From NCBI GenBank assembly GCA_905182715.1, contig CAJJCP010000013.1, positions 11,990 through 75,989 on the forward strand: a DNA stretch of 64,000 nt, given 5' to 3'. Under the pieces are notes generated by a model. That model was not told the origin of the DNA. It searched no databases and worked only from the letters and a program-made list of their open reading frames with translations. This document shows positions 41,838-51,971 of the stretch, one piece after another. The position numbers and the translations under genes were made by a program. The stretch's first letter is position 1; each line of letters starts with the position of its first letter. This stretch comes from an uncultured Candidatus Poseidoniales archaeon (lineage in GTDB: Archaea; Thermoplasmatota; Poseidoniia; Poseidoniales; Poseidoniaceae).

Positions 41838-42283
41838 CAACACGTATACGAAGATTTGTAGAGACTGACACAGGGCACAGAGTTCCGAATCATAAAAGTA
41901 AATGCCGACACATGCATGGTCACCGTTACCGTTTCGAAGCAGAAATTGAAGGCGATACTGTCCAAGAATCAGGCGTCAGTGAAGAAGGAATGTTGATGGA
42001 TTTTTCAGATGTGAGTGCGATACTGATGGAACATGTTCATGACATCGTAGATCACGCATTTGTGGTATATGAAGGCGATTCTGAAGCAAGAAACGCTTGT
42101 GCTGCAATGGGCGACGGGCATCGGACAGTTGTAGTACCGTTCATCCCCACTGCAGAGAATCTCGCCAAATGGGCTTTTGAGCAGGTTCAACCACATATCA
42201 CGACTGCTTATGGAAATCGATTGAAACTCGTTGCTATGCATGTGCGAGAAACTCCGAAGAGTACGGCATCATGGATTCCATGA
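41834..42283 (+). CDS. queD: 6-carboxytetrahydropterin synthase
   Basis: Motifs GHR....KC..MHGH.Y, GM.MDF, DH, PTAEN.A and ETP. Confidence 0.92.
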   Translation: MTTRIRRFVETDTGHRVPNHKSKCRHMHGHRYRFEAEIEGDTVQESGVSEEGMLMDFSDVSAILMEHVHDIVDHAFVVYEGDSEARNACAAMGDGHRTVVVPFIPTAENLAKWAFEQVQPHITTAYGNRLKLVAMHVRETPKSTASWIP

Positions 42284-43132
42284 TTACTCTTCTTCTGTCG
42301 GCGTAATTTTACGTCGTCGTTGGCTTTTCCATTCAGCATTTCCTGCGACGTATTGGAGAGCAGTCGTCGCATCGAGGATACCACCTATGAGGCGTGTTGC
42401 CTCATCATCCGTAGGCATGGAACGCATTAAATTCCGCCTTAAATTCTGTGAAAAACTTTCTCTTCGGTCGTCATTACCCGGCAAGACTTGGCCAAATTCC
42501 AAAATCCCTTGGTTGAGAATACGCTTCAGAGTGGGATTCATGCTTCTTTCGAGTGGTACGATATTGGGGATGCCGGGATTCGAACCCTGTGATGAACGTA
42601 CAGTTGAGCGATGGAGTTCATAGACACAAGCATTGACTGCATGTGATAAATTCGCAATTGGATAGCCTTCCCATGTGGGCAAGGTCACCAAGAAATCACA
42701 GAGTGCAAGGGATTCTGTAGACAGCCCCATTCCCTCTTCTCCAAATACAAGCGATACTGATTCGGTAAAAGAGTCCAATCGTTCCGCCATTTCCCACGTA
42801 TAGGTGAAGTGACGAAAGGTCGTCTTTGCACCGATTTCACGCTTACCTGAAGTTCCGATTGTCAAACTGCAATCGGCTGTTGCAGCTTCGAGTGTGTCGA
42901 ATACTTGACAAGTATCAAGGACGCGTCCAGCATGCTTTGCTCGATTCCTTGCTTCAATATCATCGGGTGAGCAAGTGGGCGATACAAGGCGAAGAGAATC
43001 AAATCCATAATTCAGCATCGTTCTACACACTGCCCCAAGGTTTCCAGGGTGAGATGCTCCCACCAATACGATATGCAGGGAATAGTTTCGGCGAGGAAGT
43101 TGGAGAGTTTGTCGATCGCCCATCTCACTCAT
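42284..43132 (-). CDS. trmJ: SPOUT tRNA methyltransferase TrmJ/TrmH family
   Basis: Motifs IVLV....PGNLGAVCR.M.N.G, LVFGEE..GL and YPIANLSHAV. Confidence 0.88.
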   Translation of the reverse strand: MSEMGDRQTLQLPRRNYSLHIVLVGASHPGNLGAVCRTMLNYGFDSLRLVSPTCSPDDIEARNRAKHAGRVLDTCQVFDTLEAATADCSLTIGTSGKREIGAKTTFRHFTYTWEMAERLDSFTESVSLVFGEEGMGLSTESLALCDFLVTLPTWEGYPIANLSHAVNACVYELHRSTVRSSQGSNPGIPNIVPLERSMNPTLKRILNQGILEFGQVLPGNDDRRESFSQNLRRNLMRSMPTDDEATRLIGGILDATTALQYVAGNAEWKSQRRRKITPTEEE

Positions 43133-43358
43133 CCTCCCTAACTTCAGGCATCAGTTCCTCGAATTCTAAGATCCATTTAGGATTACAAGGTTGGTAGATA
43201 AAAAAGAGATACCCGCCTTCATCTCGGTCTTTCATAACAAGTGAACGTTTTCGGACACCGTATTTATTACGAAGATGGAGTATCAATGTCTCCAGAATAT
43301 CTTGATCATCATGATGAACTGAAACGGGAGTGCGGTCCCAATTGACGCGCACAGTCAC
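43125..43358 (-). CDS. Hypothetical protein (77 aa) within the ribosomal protein operon
   Basis: GTG start following GAGGCG; overlaps the trmJ start. Confidence 0.65.
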   Translation of the reverse strand: MTVRVNWDRTPVSVHHDDQDILETLILHLRNKYGVRKRSLVMKDRDEGGYLFFIYQPCNPKWILEFEELMPEVREDE

Positions 43359-43371
43359 TTCATCGCCTCAA

Positions 43372-43563
43372 TCAGTCGACTCTACGCTTACGGTAGGTTG
43401 TGACGTAGCCAGCAATCCAGTTGCGTAACTTTTTCGATTCAACGTCAGTGAGTTCTTGAACCATCTTCTTGTTGTGATCGAAATCTGCGGTGAATTTCTC
43501 ACCATGATCTTCCACTAGATGGATGGCTCGGATTTTGATAAAACTTGGTCGGATATTTCCCAT
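43372..43563 (-). CDS. rps17e: 30S ribosomal protein eS17
   Basis: [17 protein letters not shown] and [13 protein letters not shown]. Confidence 0.95.
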   Translation of the reverse strand: MGNIRPSFIKIRAIHLVEDHGEKFTADFDHNKKMVQELTDVESKKLRNWIAGYVTTYRKRRVD

Positions 43564-43568
43564 ATGAT

Positions 43569-43844
43569 TCACTCCTCAAATAATTTGACTTCGATTGGAA
43601 TATCAGGTTCGTCGTGTCGAGTGACCTGCAAGCGAATCTTGCGAGGTGGGTTTTCGATACCACGGGCCCAGATATGTTCGTTGACACTTGGGTCAATCCA
43701 AACTTCTTCATCTTCACGAACTTTCAAGTGATGAATCACATGTTCACGGATGATTTGGATTGCACGAGGTGCACGCTTGTAGCGGGTAATGCTCCACGCT
43801 TTGCGTAGGGGGACAGTTAATTCGGATTCATTTGCACGTACCAT
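43569..43844 (-). CDS. rpl31e: 50S ribosomal protein eL31
   Basis: TVPLR, KRAPRA and ID..VNE.IWARGI..PPRKIR. Confidence 0.95.
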   Translation of the reverse strand: MVRANESELTVPLRKAWSITRYKRAPRAIQIIREHVIHHLKVREDEEVWIDPSVNEHIWARGIENPPRKIRLQVTRHDEPDIPIEVKLFEE

Positions 43845-43854
43845 ATCATTCACC

Positions 43855-44010
43855 TCATCGTTGGAGCTTACTACGGCGCCAGTGGTGTCTCTTAGGGTGG
43901 GACACAGTATTTCGGTCGGTCTTCAACATGACCCAAACGGGGACACGCCGATTTTGCTTCCCCACTTTCATGAGGCGTATTTTCTTAGCTGCTGGTTTAT
44001 TTCGGGACAT
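43855..44010 (-). CDS. rpl39e: 50S ribosomal protein eL39 (absent from the ORF track)
   Basis: Manual translation gives [51 protein letters not shown]. Confidence 0.95.
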   Translation of the reverse strand: MSRNKPAAKKIRLMKVGKQNRRVPVWVMLKTDRNTVSHPKRHHWRRSKLQR

Positions 44011-44024
44011 GTTCGAGCACCTTC

Positions 44025-44384
44025 TCAGATTCTTCGGATGGACGCACTACGGCGGCTCTTCGATTGGGATTGGAGCAATTGTTTCAATTGCTCATCATTC
44101 ATTATTGTGTTCAACTTACCTTGGCTGTGGAGTTGAACGATTGTTTGTTTGATCATTTCAGCACGCTCAGGCGTAGCCAAAGCGATTGCGGAGATGCGGG
44201 AACGGGCTTCTGGGGAAACTAAGTTCTTCATTGCAGCATCAAGGTTTTGAGAAACCAACTGTGCTTCTTGTGCTTGAACTTCAGCATTGGCTTGTTGGGC
44301 GGCTTGCTGTTCGAGTTGTTGTTGAAGTGCCATGCGTCGTTGTTCACGAAGTTGATTCAACTCATTGTCTTGAGTCGAAACCAT
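44025..44384 (-). CDS. PDCD5-family DNA-binding protein
   Basis: EL..LR..R...LQ, L.SPEAR.R....L..PE and I.RI. Canonical position after rps19e. Confidence 0.9.
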   Translation of the reverse strand: MVSTQDNELNQLREQRRMALQQQLEQQAAQQANAEVQAQEAQLVSQNLDAAMKNLVSPEARSRISAIALATPERAEMIKQTIVQLHSQGKLNTIMNDEQLKQLLQSQSKSRRSASIRRI

Positions 44385-44407
44385 GCTTGTCACCTCATTC
44401 ACTTCCT

Positions 44408-44902
44408 TCAGTACTTAGAGAGTCCTGGATATTGTTCATCAGCGATTGGACGACACTCATGTGCAACATTGTCAATCATTTTGTGACCAGCAGCAGTAAT
44501 GCGGCGGCCTTTGAACAGTTGGAGTGAATCACCATTTTCGTCCTCGACAATTCGTCCAGCAACTTTCTCGACTAAACCTGATTCTTCGAGTTGTTGGAGT
44601 GCGGTGCGGATGATGTGTCGTGATGCAACACCGGGAGTATTTGGGCTTGCACCGTTATCCTTGCGTCCACCGAATGCTTGAGCCAAATGGGTTACACCGA
44701 TTGGCCCATCACGGGAAACCTTGCGCAGAATAGCGGCAGATCGAAGAAACCACCAGTTTTCTTGTGAAGGAGGGCGTTCTCGGTCGACACCGGTTTTAAC
44801 GAATTCAGCCCATTCAGGGGTTGAAACGCTCTTTGTTTCTTCGAGTCGCGCTGCAAGAGCTGGGCTAAGGATTTCAGCGGGTATATCGTATAGAGTCGTC
44901 AT
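44408..44902 (-). CDS. rps19e: 30S ribosomal protein eS19
   Basis: PEWA.FVKTG..RE.PP, WW..R.AAILRK, GPIGV, IIRTALQQLE and GRRIT. Confidence 0.96.
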   Translation of the reverse strand: MTTLYDIPAEILSPALAARLEETKSVSTPEWAEFVKTGVDRERPPSQENWWFLRSAAILRKVSRDGPIGVTHLAQAFGGRKDNGASPNTPGVASRHIIRTALQQLEESGLVEKVAGRIVEDENGDSLQLFKGRRITAAGHKMIDNVAHECRPIADEQYPGLSKY

Positions 44903-45049
44903 GATAAGACACCGAGCAATTTGCCGACCGAACTCCCCTATATGAAGAGAACGGCTAAAACGCACCGGCGAATACATGTCATCCTCGTTCGGTTGTGCGA
45001 AAAAGGGATAGAACAAGGGTTCAATACAGGAGGGCTCTTGGCAAGGATA

Positions 45050-45868
45050 ATGAAGAAGGCCTTGGCACAGAATCCCAACCTTTTGCGTACTTTACTTGGG
45101 TTGTCCGTGACACTCATTGTTTTACTCTCATATGCAGTCTATGGAGCAACAGTCTCCCCTTCATATTATCTTTATACGACTGAATCAACAGAAACTGATC
45201 ACGAAATTGGAGAGCCTATTCGGATCTATCAGGAATCTTCGAACACCACAACATGGTCTTGGGACATTCCTGCAAACAGTTCGAATCTGACGTGGGTTCA
45301 CCTCTCTGCAGTCGAACTTTCATCCAATGCGAAAGTGAGATTGATTAATTCAGCCGGACTCTACAGCCATCGCCTTCTTGGTGTTGAATCCGACCAAGCA
45401 TTCAGTTGTGCTGAACAATGTCAAAAAAATTCCACGCATGAAGTCGAATCACCCAATGGTGATACAATTGTCATTCATGCATTGACCTCGTACGACCCTG
45501 CACGAAGGAATAACGGGACTGTATATGGCTCAGATCTCGCTGAAGCGACTTTGAAAGCAAAGGACTTGATCGCATATGAACACAGCCCTTCTTTACTGCG
45601 CGTCGAGATTATCGAGCAAGGTGACCGACTCACATCGCCTGAAATTATGATGTTGAGCGTTAACGAAGAGTTTGACTCAATAAAGGTATTTTCAGTCGAT
45701 GCAGCAACAGAATTCATGTGGGCTCTGGCCGCAGTAGTTGGATGCTTTTCCATGGTCTTAATCCCGTCATTTACGGTCTATTTTGCTGCAAAAGCGAAAG
45801 AAAAGAAGGACCAAGTGAAATTACAAGATTCAGAAAATCAGGTCAAAGCCTCGATTGAAAAATCTTAA
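45050..45868 (+). CDS. Hypothetical membrane protein (N- and C-terminal TM helices)
   Basis: Two hydrophobic segments flank a soluble domain. Confidence 0.65.
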   Translation: MKKALAQNPNLLRTLLGLSVTLIVLLSYAVYGATVSPSYYLYTTESTETDHEIGEPIRIYQESSNTTTWSWDIPANSSNLTWVHLSAVELSSNAKVRLINSAGLYSHRLLGVESDQAFSCAEQCQKNSTHEVESPNGDTIVIHALTSYDPARRNNGTVYGSDLAEATLKAKDLIAYEHSPSLLRVEIIEQGDRLTSPEIMMLSVNEEFDSIKVFSVDAATEFMWALAAVVGCFSMVLIPSFTVYFAAKAKEKKDQVKLQDSENQVKASIEKS

Positions 45869-45918
45869 GCTCAACTTGTTCCCCAATTGCCTCATATATA
45901 TTGAAGCCATGTGATGCA

Positions 45919-48900
45919 ATGAGCGTCATGCAGAAGTTCGTAGCATTCATCTTCCTTGCCCTCTTGCTGGGGAGCAGCATGCCGACTTGGCATGATGTGG
46001 AAGTGGGTGATGTATCTCCACATTCAACATCAGCCCGTGCAACGGGAGTTGATGTTACCGTCACTGATGTTTCCTTTTCGTATACAACTGCAAGTGATGA
46101 AGAACAATATCGCATGTTTTCCTCAAACTATCCAGTTCCAGGATTTAACCGACCCGAAATGCTCTATGTTGTTGACGCTGTCATTAATGTCCCAATACAA
46201 CTGGATCTTATGATTGAAAACCTTGGAACCGTTTCTTCAGGAACAATTGACGTGAATGTCAAGGTACTTCATAATGAATATGCTTTGTTTGAAATGGTCA
46301 ATCAAACGGTACAATTAGGTGCATTGAGCGGTGGAAACTCAAATTCAGTTGCAACGACAATAACACCCACCTATTCAGGTAACCATACACTCGTGGTACG
46401 AGCTACCTCAACCGTGCTTGACGACAACCCACAGAATGATGTCAAAACCGGTAGTTTTACCGTGGCGAGTATGTACTTCAATTGTGATTCACTGGTTGGA
46501 TGGACCCCCGGGGCACAGTGGGGGCTGAGTACTGATACTGGTCTTTCTATGGGAAGCAGTTGTCATATAGGAAACGGTCAATCTTCGAGTTATACAAATA
46601 ACCTTGCAACATCATTGGTGACGCCAGTCATGGATATGTCGGATGTGGCATCAAATCCAACGCGCACCAATGGTTTAAGTTTCTATTATACTGGAAGTGC
46701 CGCTTCTGGAGATATTATGAAAATCGAAGTTCTGACTGCAATGGGTGGTTGGTTTCAGTTAGGAAGCATTAGTAATACGATTGACCAAGATTTTGTCGAT
46801 GGCCAGGATTACCAAACGTTTTCTGTCAATAATGCCGGTGCAACTTCACCACTTATCCCGGTACCGAATGAACATTTCCACAGTCAAACTCAATTTCGAT
46901 TCTTGTTTGAATCAGATGCATCCGGTACAGATATTGGTTACTATCTCGATGAACTTGTATTTGTATATGACCAGAAAGTACGTCAAGATGAATACGCTCT
47001 CTCATCAAGCGGCATCTCCACAGTAGGCTCTGTTGCTGGCCAATGGGGCACTGTACGAGTGGAAATTACCAATGATGGGAATATATCAGATTCAGTGTTG
47101 CCAGGGATTTCTGGATTACCTGATGGCTGGGATGTCTATTTCGCACACCCGAGTGGTGTTTCCATCAATACGCAAAATGGAGTTTTGTTAGCGCCGGGTG
47201 AATCTAAATTTATTGATGTAAAAATTCAACCGGACCCGAATGCAACGACTGGGCTTCAACAGATGACGTTCATAGGGACCTCAAGTCAGCATTTGGTGGT
47301 CAACACGACGCTGCCAATGCAATTCCAAGTTATACCGGACAGAGAGCCCTTCATTGTAAAACCTGAAACTTCAGTAACATGCTCTCCTGGAAGCTCATGC
47401 CCGTTTTCGATCGAAATTCAAAACTTAGGAGACGCGACTGATGTATTTGATTTGTCAATCGATACTTCCGCACTGCCTGCAAATTGGATGGTGAACTTGG
47501 CATGGACACAGGAATCCAGTGTACTTGTTCGAACAGATACACCAGTAATGGTTGATTTCACCTTAACTATACCGACAGATGCCATACCTGATTCAATGTT
47601 CAGTTTTGCTTTAACGGCCCTTTCACAAAACAATTCCATCCGAAGCCACACACAAAACATCGATGTATCGGCTTCGATGATTAGTAATGCAACAGTTGGA
47701 ATATCTGAATATCAGATGCAACAGGATACGACGGTTGACGCAGGAGAATCAATCTCAATAGAATTCACCATTTGGAACAATGCAAGCCGGCAAGATATAT
47801 TTTCCATTGCTATCCTACATGGACCGGCTGGTCTGTGGGTCATCGGACAACCAGCACTGAACAATGCCGTTATTAACAGCCAGTCATCGACATCATTCAG
47901 CATTGAAATCACCGCTCCTATAACTGGTCAAGCTGGAGACACTGCCCCTACAATCACGCCCAGCATTACATCCACGCGAAGTGGAATGGAATACCAAGGA
48001 ATGCCATATGATGGGATTGTTGTAAGCACCGTAAGTGACCTCGAATTAAGACTTCTCGAATCACCCCGTAAATTGACTCCGAGTGTTCCGACGATGGTGC
48101 TGTTAGAAGTTGAGAATAATGGCAATGGACAGGTATCAGCACTACTTACCAGTTCTACGATACCCGATGAATGGGATTGGTGGTTAAGAATCGACGACTC
48201 AAACCATTCAGGACCAATTGAATTATCAGCGCCCTATGATGCTGAAGATGTTGTAACCATCGAAGTGTGGATCCTCTTGCCGAGTTCTGAAAAGGCAAGT
48301 GAAGTCAATACCATTGAATTTACAGTGATGAACGGTGACGGAATAAGTGACCTCAAAATTGAAGATAACAGCATATCATTTGATTCGATTACAGCTTCAA
48401 TCCGTAAACCGATGTTAATTGCGAATCAAAGTGAAACAACTGCAGGCGTCGGCGGTGTTGCATCTGTGAATGTTACTCTGAAAAATATTGGAAATGCTGC
48501 GGATGATCGATTCATGGTAATGGCGTCATTATCAACATCTCCACCGAATCAGAATGTGATTGCCTTCCTCAATATTGGGACTCTTGAAGAGTACAACCAA
48601 TTAACGATGGCTGCTGGTCAAGAAATGGTTGTTACAGTCGACTTGATGATTCCAGACGATATGCCCCTTAACACCAGGATCGTCATCTCATTTGATGTTC
48701 AGGCCGGAGAGGACTTTGAGTCAAAACCTTACGAATTACATCACGATATTTTGGTTCTCGTTGATACTCAACGGGCGATGGTAGCAGAAATGAGTCTTCA
48801 ATCTGAGCAAACGTTCACCGATGGAATGCCAGCACCATTCTGGATTAATGTCACATCCTCTTCAACTCAAGTCGAACAATATGTGATTACGGTAAATCAA

Positions 48901-49479
48901 CCCGAACAGTGGCGTACTGTATGCCAAGGTGTGTTCATGAATGAGTCAGGACAAGAGCTTGAACACAGTGCAGGCCACATGACTCCGAAATATACCGATA
49001 TGTTGTGCGAATTGCATCGTATTGGAGGTGATTCAAATGGGGAAGTGACCGTCACAGTTGAATCAATCGACGGCGTCTTAAGTTGGTCCGACAGTCGCAC
49101 TTTCCAATTCCGCATTACAGAGGATGATGGCTTTAATTTGAATACCGAAGTGATTGCATCTTCAATTGCAGGGGTACTCTTTATTGCTCTCCTCTTGACA
49201 CTACTTTTGAGGAAGCGACGGGAAACTGAAAAAAAATATCTGCATTTCAATCAAGAAGAAATTGTGGAAAGTGAAGCACTTGTTCAACCAACAACGGATG
49301 GTCCACCAACGAGTACTGGTGGCCCTCCTGTTACAAACTTCAATCACCATGAAAAAATGCCGGAATCAACAGAATCCGATTCATCAGGCCCGCAATTACC
49401 TGCAGAAGGGCTACCGCCGGGCTGGACGAGCGAACAATGGCAATACTATGGCCAGCAATATCTCGATACGAAACAGTAA
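45919..49479 (+). CDS. Large cell-surface protein with CARDB/Ig-like repeats, C-terminal TM helix and LPPGWT.EQW tail
   Basis: Signal peptide, repeated (I/V).N.G...D.F motifs, DDNPQND, and a TM helix followed by RKRR. Confidence 0.8.
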   Translation: MSVMQKFVAFIFLALLLGSSMPTWHDVEVGDVSPHSTSARATGVDVTVTDVSFSYTTASDEEQYRMFSSNYPVPGFNRPEMLYVVDAVINVPIQLDLMIENLGTVSSGTIDVNVKVLHNEYALFEMVNQTVQLGALSGGNSNSVATTITPTYSGNHTLVVRATSTVLDDNPQNDVKTGSFTVASMYFNCDSLVGWTPGAQWGLSTDTGLSMGSSCHIGNGQSSSYTNNLATSLVTPVMDMSDVASNPTRTNGLSFYYTGSAASGDIMKIEVLTAMGGWFQLGSISNTIDQDFVDGQDYQTFSVNNAGATSPLIPVPNEHFHSQTQFRFLFESDASGTDIGYYLDELVFVYDQKVRQDEYALSSSGISTVGSVAGQWGTVRVEITNDGNISDSVLPGISGLPDGWDVYFAHPSGVSINTQNGVLLAPGESKFIDVKIQPDPNATTGLQQMTFIGTSSQHLVVNTTLPMQFQVIPDREPFIVKPETSVTCSPGSSCPFSIEIQNLGDATDVFDLSIDTSALPANWMVNLAWTQESSVLVRTDTPVMVDFTLTIPTDAIPDSMFSFALTALSQNNSIRSHTQNIDVSASMISNATVGISEYQMQQDTTVDAGESISIEFTIWNNASRQDIFSIAILHGPAGLWVIGQPALNNAVINSQSSTSFSIEITAPITGQAGDTAPTITPSITSTRSGMEYQGMPYDGIVVSTVSDLELRLLESPRKLTPSVPTMVLLEVENNGNGQVSALLTSSTIPDEWDWWLRIDDSNHSGPIELSAPYDAEDVVTIEVWILLPSSEKASEVNTIEFTVMNGDGISDLKIEDNSISFDSITASIRKPMLIANQSETTAGVGGVASVNVTLKNIGNAADDRFMVMASLSTSPPNQNVIAFLNIGTLEEYNQLTMAAGQEMVVTVDLMIPDDMPLNTRIVISFDVQAGEDFESKPYELHHDILVLVDTQRAMVAEMSLQSEQTFTDGMPAPFWINVTSSSTQVEQYVITVNQPEQWRTVCQGVFMNESGQELEHSAGHMTPKYTDMLCELHRIGGDSNGEVTVTVESIDGVLSWSDSRTFQFRITEDDGFNLNTEVIASSIAGVLFIALLLTLLLRKRRETEKKYLHFNQEEIVESEALVQPTTDGPPTSTGGPPVTNFNHHEKMPESTESDSSGPQLPAEGLPPGWTSEQWQYYGQQYLDTKQ

Positions 49480-49504
49480 GGGACTCGATTCAAGAGGCTT
49501 AGGT

Positions 49505-49684
49505 ATGGAATCAGCGTCATATCCACCGGCGTGGTACTTACTATGGCTTATCATTGCCGTTTGTGGCGTAGGTACGTGGTTTCTACGGAATTTTACTGAA
49601 CGAGTTGATGCAACCAGGCTTGTTGCCTTTACCGGAGTTGCTTCAATGACAACGATGGTCATTTGGACCTTTACACAATTTTGA
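49505..49684 (+). CDS. Small two-TM membrane protein (59 aa)
   Basis: MESASYPPAWYLLWLII... with GAGG/AGGT upstream. Confidence 0.6.
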   Translation: MESASYPPAWYLLWLIIAVCGVGTWFLRNFTERVDATRLVAFTGVASMTTMVIWTFTQF

Positions 49685-49693
49685 GGTGTTAAC

Positions 49694-50248
49694 ATGGAAC
49701 TTGCAGATGCAGATCGCCACCAATACGCTGATACTTACCCGTGTAGATTACCAGTATGGTGGGCACGTGTGGGAGAAATTGGACCTCATATTGAAGAGGA
49801 TGGGATTACAGGGAAAAATGTAGTTCTTCGGATTGAAAAGAGATTTACGAGATTTGAAAGGCTTTTGGCAAAACTTTTCCGCGCTCCTCGAGAGGTACGT
49901 AGACCGCTTGATACAATGAACAGTATGTTATGGGAATTGTGTGATGGTTCGAGAAACTTCCAATCCATTTGCGTTGCGATGGACGAAATATTCCATGAAG
50001 ACATAGCTCCGGCCGTAGATAGGACTGCATCTGGAATAGATTCACTACGAACTCGAAACATGGTGACGTGCCTCGGCCAACCGTTTATGCTCAAATGGAA
50101 CATTGGGCCTGGACAAACTCCAAAACACCAGACTCTCACAGCGATCAATGAAAAAAGCGGTTATGATATCGAGCCACGAACGAAAGCTGAGAAGAACTTC
50201 ATTGAAGAAGATCAATCAGAGCCTCAACTGGACGTCCAATCCGAGTAG
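49694..50248 (+). CDS. PqqD-like domain protein
   Basis: LDTMNSMLWELCDGSRNF..I...M...F; GAGGTG SD. Confidence 0.7.
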   Translation: MELADADRHQYADTYPCRLPVWWARVGEIGPHIEEDGITGKNVVLRIEKRFTRFERLLAKLFRAPREVRRPLDTMNSMLWELCDGSRNFQSICVAMDEIFHEDIAPAVDRTASGIDSLRTRNMVTCLGQPFMLKWNIGPGQTPKHQTLTAINEKSGYDIEPRTKAEKNFIEEDQSEPQLDVQSE

Positions 50249-50549
50249 AAATTCCGTTATCAAGCCAAGGGCGTTCCATTAAATGGCCGTTGTTTGAAAG
50301 AAAGCGTGCGATTGATTCAATGCTGGTTCGGTCAACATCAGGGTTTGCAATCTTTTTGAATGACGTATCCTTCCACCGAATGGCAAGGTGAAGTTCACCA
50401 TCAAGGCGAGAAAGAAGCGAATGAAGCGTGTCATAATCAAGAGGCTTTGTGAGATAGGCATGCACCTGTACATCTTGCGGTGATGCTTCGCAAAGGGCAA
50501 GGGCCTCCCGTGATTTGGAACAGCGGGGATTGTGATAGAGAATGGCCAA
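50199..50549 (-). CDS. ArsC/Spx family arsenate reductase-like protein
   Basis: YHNPRCSKSR, YL..P, LMERP and IGRP; TTG start after GGAG. Confidence 0.85.
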   Translation of the reverse strand: MAILYHNPRCSKSREALALCEASPQDVQVHAYLTKPLDYDTLHSLLSRLDGELHLAIRWKDTSFKKIANPDVDRTSIESIARFLSNNGHLMERPWLDNGISTRIGRPVEALIDLLQ

Positions 50550-50568
50550 AAGAATATCTCCAAAAACA

Positions 50569-51303
50569 CTAAACTGGTTGCCATACAAGACGGAATCCAA
50601 TACCATCACTGCGGAGCGTCATCAAAGCAGAGCCTCTTGACGAACAGCGAGTTGAATCAGATTCGGTGAACCACGAGCCACCACGATGAATACGACGCAA
50701 GGAATCTCCCTGCATCGGTGACTGAATGCCTTCATGAGATTCATAATTTGGAGTAAAAGCATCTTCACACCATTCTGATACTTGGCCATGGAGGTCCAAA
50801 AAACCCCAAGGATTTGCTTTCTTTTGCCCAACTTCGCGGGTACTTGCTCCTGAATTACCTGCATGCCAACCATAATCGCTCAAATCACCATCTCTGTCAC
50901 CAAAAGCCCAACGTGATGTGGTATTCGCACGTGAGAGGAACTCCCATTCTGCTTCAGATGGAATTCTCCAAACGCCACGTACTCCGAGACGTTCAGTGTC
51001 TTGATCAAGTTCATTCAACTGAGTGAGAAATTCATGAACATCATTCCAAGATACTTGTTCAACTGGACGCAGGCCAGCAGCCCAGCCTTCGGTAAAGGCC
51101 GAAGGGTTGTCACCCATTATGGTCTGCCAATGAGCTTGCGTTACTGGTCGCTCGCCGCAAAAAAAAGGTTCGGTAATACTGACTTTGTGAAGAGGTTTTT
51201 CTGAGCGAGTACCCTTTTCATCCCCCATCATGAAGTCGCCGGGTTCAACCAAGAGGTAGCGCCCACCATATTCATCATCGAAAAACGGGCGTTGCTCAGC
51301 CAT
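50569..51303 (-). CDS. Formylglycine-generating enzyme (SUMF1) fold protein
   Basis: G.FMMG, EKP.H.V, VTQ, PVE.VSW, P.EAEWE, N.WG..D.HG.V.EW, RGGSW and IGFRL. Confidence 0.9.
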   Translation of the reverse strand: MAEQRPFFDDEYGGRYLLVEPGDFMMGDEKGTRSEKPLHKVSITEPFFCGERPVTQAHWQTIMGDNPSAFTEGWAAGLRPVEQVSWNDVHEFLTQLNELDQDTERLGVRGVWRIPSEAEWEFLSRANTTSRWAFGDRDGDLSDYGWHAGNSGASTREVGQKKANPWGFLDLHGQVSEWCEDAFTPNYESHEGIQSPMQGDSLRRIHRGGSWFTESDSTRCSSRGSALMTLRSDGIGFRLVWQPV

Positions 51304-51308
51304 TCGTC

Positions 51309-51866
51309 TCACTCACTCTGAGTCGCAAAAAGAGATGAAGTCTCCATCACAGAATCAACCAATGCGTGAAGTCGATTTTGCATATCTTCGTCAGTCAAAC
51401 TCCCTTCGCCATCAAATGCCTCTTTGACATGCCCGACTGCTAACTGCTCGGGCACAGGCCAAGCATGTAGCCAGCGAAGCATGATACGCATATGGTTGAG
51501 GGTATTCGAATTTTGCATCCCACCAAGAGTACACATGAGTCCGAATACCTTGCCTCCAACGTGTTTATCATAAAGCCAATCAAAGGTATTTTTCATCACA
51601 CCCGACATAGTGCCGTGGTATTCAGGTGAACAAATTAAGAAAGCATCACATGAAGATGCAAGTTCTTGAAATTCTTTGACATGAGCATTCTCCCAACACC
51701 CATCTTCTCCAACGAAGGGGAGTGGTTTCTCAGCACAATCCCAAAACAGGACTTCTGCACCTTTTGACTCAGCATAAGCGAGAGCCAAGTTTACCAACAT
51801 TCCACTCTTCGAAGTTGGGCGATACTCTCCAGAGAGTCCGAGAATACGAAGCGAGGTCTGAGTCAT
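51309..51866 (-). CDS. NADPH-dependent FMN reductase
   Basis: ILGLSG..R..S.S and SPEYHG.MSG.MKN..D. Confidence 0.9.
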   Translation of the reverse strand: MTQTSLRILGLSGEYRPTSKSGMLVNLALAYAESKGAEVLFWDCAEKPLPFVGEDGCWENAHVKEFQELASSCDAFLICSPEYHGTMSGVMKNTFDWLYDKHVGGKVFGLMCTLGGMQNSNTLNHMRIMLRWLHAWPVPEQLAVGHVKEAFDGEGSLTDEDMQNRLHALVDSVMETSSLFATQSE

Positions 51867-51971
51867 ACCTCACGATTTTGCCGGCGGCATTTGAATATAG
51901 TGCTCATTTCCATGGCACGCCGAGAAGCAATGCTTATGCCGGTCGCTTAATTGGTAAGGCTTGGTGACACT

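Noticed and set aside
39274-42283. preQ0 operon as a dpd-type DNA 7-deazaguanine modification or defence island
   Set aside because: No dpdA/tgt paralog, helicase or nuclease lies nearby. Archaeosine precursor synthesis is a sufficient explanation.
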